Source: Callorhinchus milii
Lineage: Eukaryota
DNA length: 64,000 nt
Direction: 5' to 3'
Assembly (NCBI RefSeq): GCF_018977255.1
Contig: NW_024704742.1
Coordinates: 52,516,001 to 52,580,000, forward strand
A program made the translations under genes and the position numbers. The notes under the pieces were generated by a model, which was not told where the DNA came from, ran no database searches, and worked only from the letters and a program-made list of their open reading frames with translations. Of this stretch, positions 60,690-64,000 are shown in pieces (within the stretch, counting starts at the first letter, position 1; every line of letters begins with the position of its first letter).

Positions 60690-62039
60690 GTAAGCATTTG
60701 TTTAATTTGCTTGTTCAGCAATTTTCTAGGTGCGAGGAATTTATTATATTAAAATATTGCTATTTTCCCCCAATAATGTAAACCACAACATAAAATGCTA
60801 TTGATCTTTTTTGCTTGACGTTCCATTAAAATGAACATGGTTTGGTAGGTGAGCTGAGCGAATGTTTGCATTATCAACAAAAGGTACACAACATTTGATT
60901 GATGTTGTATTGCTGGCTTTAGTTCTTTTTCCTGTTGCACAAAGAATCATACTCCATTGGGGACACTGACATGCAAAGCTCTTTTTTCTACAGCTTGTAT
61001 GTTTTAAAACTCCCACATTTGGGAGAACCTGCCCGGTACCCATGACATTGAGATGTAAAAATATTACAAGATATGATGGGCCTTATTCTGTGCCATAAAT
61101 TTCTGAGGTGATTTGGTTCTATTTCCGTAAATAATAATCCTCGCAAATGATATAGCACCTTTCACATCATGAGAACGTAAGAAATGCTACACGGAAAAAA
61201 AGACCGAGGTCCATCTAGTTCGCCTTCCACCTTCCTGGCGGTTGCATGCACATATGTCCCAAACTACCTATGTACTGTATCCCATAATGTTATTTCCTAA
61301 AAGAAAACTATCTGATCTGTGTTTGAAGAAATCAACATTTCCTGCTTCAACTGTCTCTCTAAGGAGCCTGTTCCACAGGTTTACTATTTGTACTATTTAC
61401 GTCAGAAGGATTGTATATTTTGTATATACGAATAGAAGTAGAATTGTAAAGGCAGTTTGCCAGCTAGGAATGCCCATTTTTGACTGAACCTGAGCTTTGG
61501 CTGTAATGTTACCATTTCATAAATCCATCCACCTACATCTTGAACTCATTTAAATTTGTATTAGTGAAAATTGTAAACTGATTTTACAAAACGTATGCTC
61601 TTTCGTCCACAAAATACACAGTCAATTCACTTTATAATATATTCTATGAAGCGCTTTGAGACGTCCCAATGACTTGATAAGGCACTAAATTAAATGCAAG
61701 GATTATTATTATTTGAGCAAAAGGTTCAAGCCCAGCTGAATAATTTATTGTCCTCTTGCCCCTGTATATGGTTGTATTATTTAGTGAATCAGTTTGTACA
61801 TTTTTCTAATTTATATGGTTAAATAATGCTTTTGTCTTGATGAATGTATCAAATTGGCTAATTTGTAATGGTCACTTAGTTGGACTACATGTATATAACA
61901 ATATTCTTTAAGACATCATTGCCCCCATCTCTTTACTGAGCCACACTAGCCCAGAGGGCCAACCATGGGTCCCTGAACACTCCTGTCCGCTCCAAGTCTC
62001 AGTGTGTGCACATTGGCTGCCACAAGTGACCCGAGCTGC

Positions 62040-62315
62040 TTCCCCAAGATGTTCCTAACCCCGTCCCCTTCCCTCCACTAATCCCGCTCAACCCTCCTCT
62101 CCCTCCGCCTGCCCTGACTTTTATCCCTCTTTGACTCCTTTGTGTCCCGCCTCAAAACCCTCCTCTTCGACCATACCGTTGGTCACCCACCTTCTCCTCC
62201 CCTTCCTTCTCCCTCACTGACCCCAGCTCGGGTCTGAAATGCTGTACACTGTCCAGCGCCATGGGACTTCCTCCCAACGTGAAAGGCGCTATACAAATAT
62301 AATCTTGTTGTTGTT
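62040..62315 (+). mobile_element. L2 3' end (SRD5A3 intron 3)
   Basis: ctcaaaaccctcctcttcgacc..ctgtccagcgccatgggacttcctcccaacgtgaaaggcgctata..(TTG)n. Confidence 0.8.
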
Positions 62316-62521
62316 ATATGGTTAATGTTTGTTATTGTCTTGAATTAGGTCAGTTTAAATTCATTCTGTACATCATTTTTAATCGTCATGCAGTAATTAG
62401 CTGTTTTAGTTACAAAACAAAATATGAAAAAACAACTGGATGTTCAGCTAAGGTTGAATCTATAAAACATTAGTTTTGTGTTTCTGTTTTAAGTTTTACG
62501 TATTTGTCCTCTTTTGTACAG

Positions 62522-62653
62522 TTTACAAAATTCAAGATTTACTGGTGCAGTACCGGTGGTATCATGTAGCTGGATTAACACTGTTTTTTTGGGCAACGGT
62601 TCATCATCACAAGAGTCACATTATACTGGCCAGTCTCCGAAAGAACAAATTAG
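62522..62653 (+). CDS. SRD5A3: SRD5A3 coding exon 4
   Basis: ttttgtacag| acceptor. Translates (V)YKIQDLLVQYRWYHVAGLTLFFWATVHHHKSHIILASLRKNKL(G). Donor TAG|GTAAAA at 62654, phase 1. Confidence 0.95.
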
Positions 62654-62891
62654 GTAAAATCTTTGGGTATTTTTCATGTGTTTTTGTAAGTTAGTATTTT
62701 GTGACTTCAGGATTGCATTGAATATTTGCAAACTTAAAAATGTTGCTTACCTTTGCTCTTAATTAATGATTGTGGAACTCGTGCATTTGTAACTTAAATT
62801 AGTTTTATCATCATACAATGGCTGTTGTTTAACTTGAAAAATGTTAGATACAATTACACTAAGGCACGTTTCCTGTTTTTGTTGGCTATAG

Positions 62892-63151
62892 GTGAAGTTG
62901 TTAACCTGAGTCACAGAGTTCCTCACGGCGACTGGTTTGAACAGGTCTCCTGCCCACACTACCTGGCAGAGCTGCTGATCTACCTTGCTCTGGCCATGGT
63001 GTTTGGAGGACGACATCTTACTTGGTGGTCTGTAGTGCTGTATGTGTTGTCCAGCCATGCAATGATGGCAGTCCAAAGTCATGAATTTTATGTCAACAAA
63101 TTTGAGAATTACCCCAAAAATCGCAAAGCGTTCATACCTCTTATATTTTAG
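62892..63151 (+). CDS. SRD5A3: SRD5A3 coding exon 5 to stop codon
   Basis: ctatag| acceptor. Translates (G)EVVNLSHRVPHGDWFEQVSCPHYLAELLIY...SHEFYVNKFENYPKNRKAFIPLIF*, the diagnostic steroid-reductase C-terminus. Exons sum to 221+152+192+132+260 = 957 nt, or 318 aa. Confidence 0.97.
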
Positions 63152-63202
63152 TTTTGTTTTTCTACATCTACATCTTTTTTATCTGCACATTTTTATCTAA
63201 AA

Positions 63203-63208
63203 AATAAA
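63203..63208 (+). promoter_or_regulatory. Candidate polyadenylation signal of SRD5A3
   Basis: AATAAA ~50 nt after the stop codon, followed by T/GT-rich sequence (tttttgttttctttgt). Confidence 0.5.
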
Positions 63209-64000
63209 TTGACAAACATTTTTGTTTTCTTTGTACGATCTTTTCCTGAGGTCATATTGCCATCTACAGTAATTGGTTGAAGAGATTTTTAATGCCTTCA
63301 TATGCGAAGCAGCAAACCTTAAGGAACTTGTACAATGGCTAAAATTGGTGAGCTAACCTTTAACTTGCTGGTAACAGATTCCACGTTATTGTTTGTGGTT
63401 TCCAATGCTGTGATGATAATGTGGAAGTTAAATGAAAGGCAGTTTTCAGATAGACACCAAGATGATTATACAGATGGTAATCAACCGCTGGAACAGATTA
63501 CCAGGAAGGTGGTTAGAAAGATTTTGATGCTATAATTGGAAGATGGAATAGTTAGTATTCCAGAAAGATGAGATCCAAATCTTTCTTGTGAAAAATGAAA
63601 TTAGAAGAGGTCATTCAGACCAACAAGCCTGATACCTCATGTGGCGATGTATGATTTGTCTTATCATGAATTCCATTTGATCTTCTCAATCTTCCAAGGG
63701 AAGAAAACCACAATTAAACATCCAGAAAAGATGAACCTTTTTTAATGTTTGTTTAGCTTCCAGGAGCAATCTAGCAAAACTATTATTTTGTGACAGTTCA
63801 CTACTGTGATTCGCATCACTCTCTGAACTGAAAGTAAATGTTCAATATTCTAGACTTTGTTTTAGTTAAGATAAGTTGTCCTAATTCACATAGACTGACC
63901 CAATTATAAGGGTGTGGCTTGGGTCCATGAACTCATAACTGATAATGGATATGCTATAAAAATGGTCCCCAATCAGCAGTTCGAGATAATTACGGCTTAA

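Overview
This is eukaryotic, vertebrate-type DNA that is AT-rich and dense in retroelements. The repeat content (Deu-domain SINEs, L2, CR1 and Penelope relics) suggests a cartilaginous fish, possibly a holocephalan such as Callorhinchus; that assignment is inference. The only protein-coding gene I can support is a complete 5-exon SRD5A3 (polyprenol/polyprenal reductase) on the + strand at 56004-63151. It splices to a 957-nt, 318-aa CDS if intron 2 uses a non-canonical GC donor. The preceding ~55 kb is non-coding. It holds a solitary tRNA-Arg(CCG)-like gene with a B-box lesion, many tRNA-derived SINEs with L2-type tails, nested L2/SINE insertions, a 192-bp tandem duplication, a ~265-bp inverted repeat pair 4.4 kb apart, palindromic elements and degenerate Penelope hammerhead-ribozyme-like relics. 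It also holds several ETS/FOX/GATA/SOX motif clusters, which by vertebrate KDR-SRD5A3 synteny could be KDR enhancers. SRD5A3 exon 1 lies between a CA-rich array and L2-derived C-rich minisatellites. I found no convincing new multi-gene system. Nearly all other ORF-track entries are repeat-derived or chance ORFs. Repeat boundaries are approximate and were read by eye.
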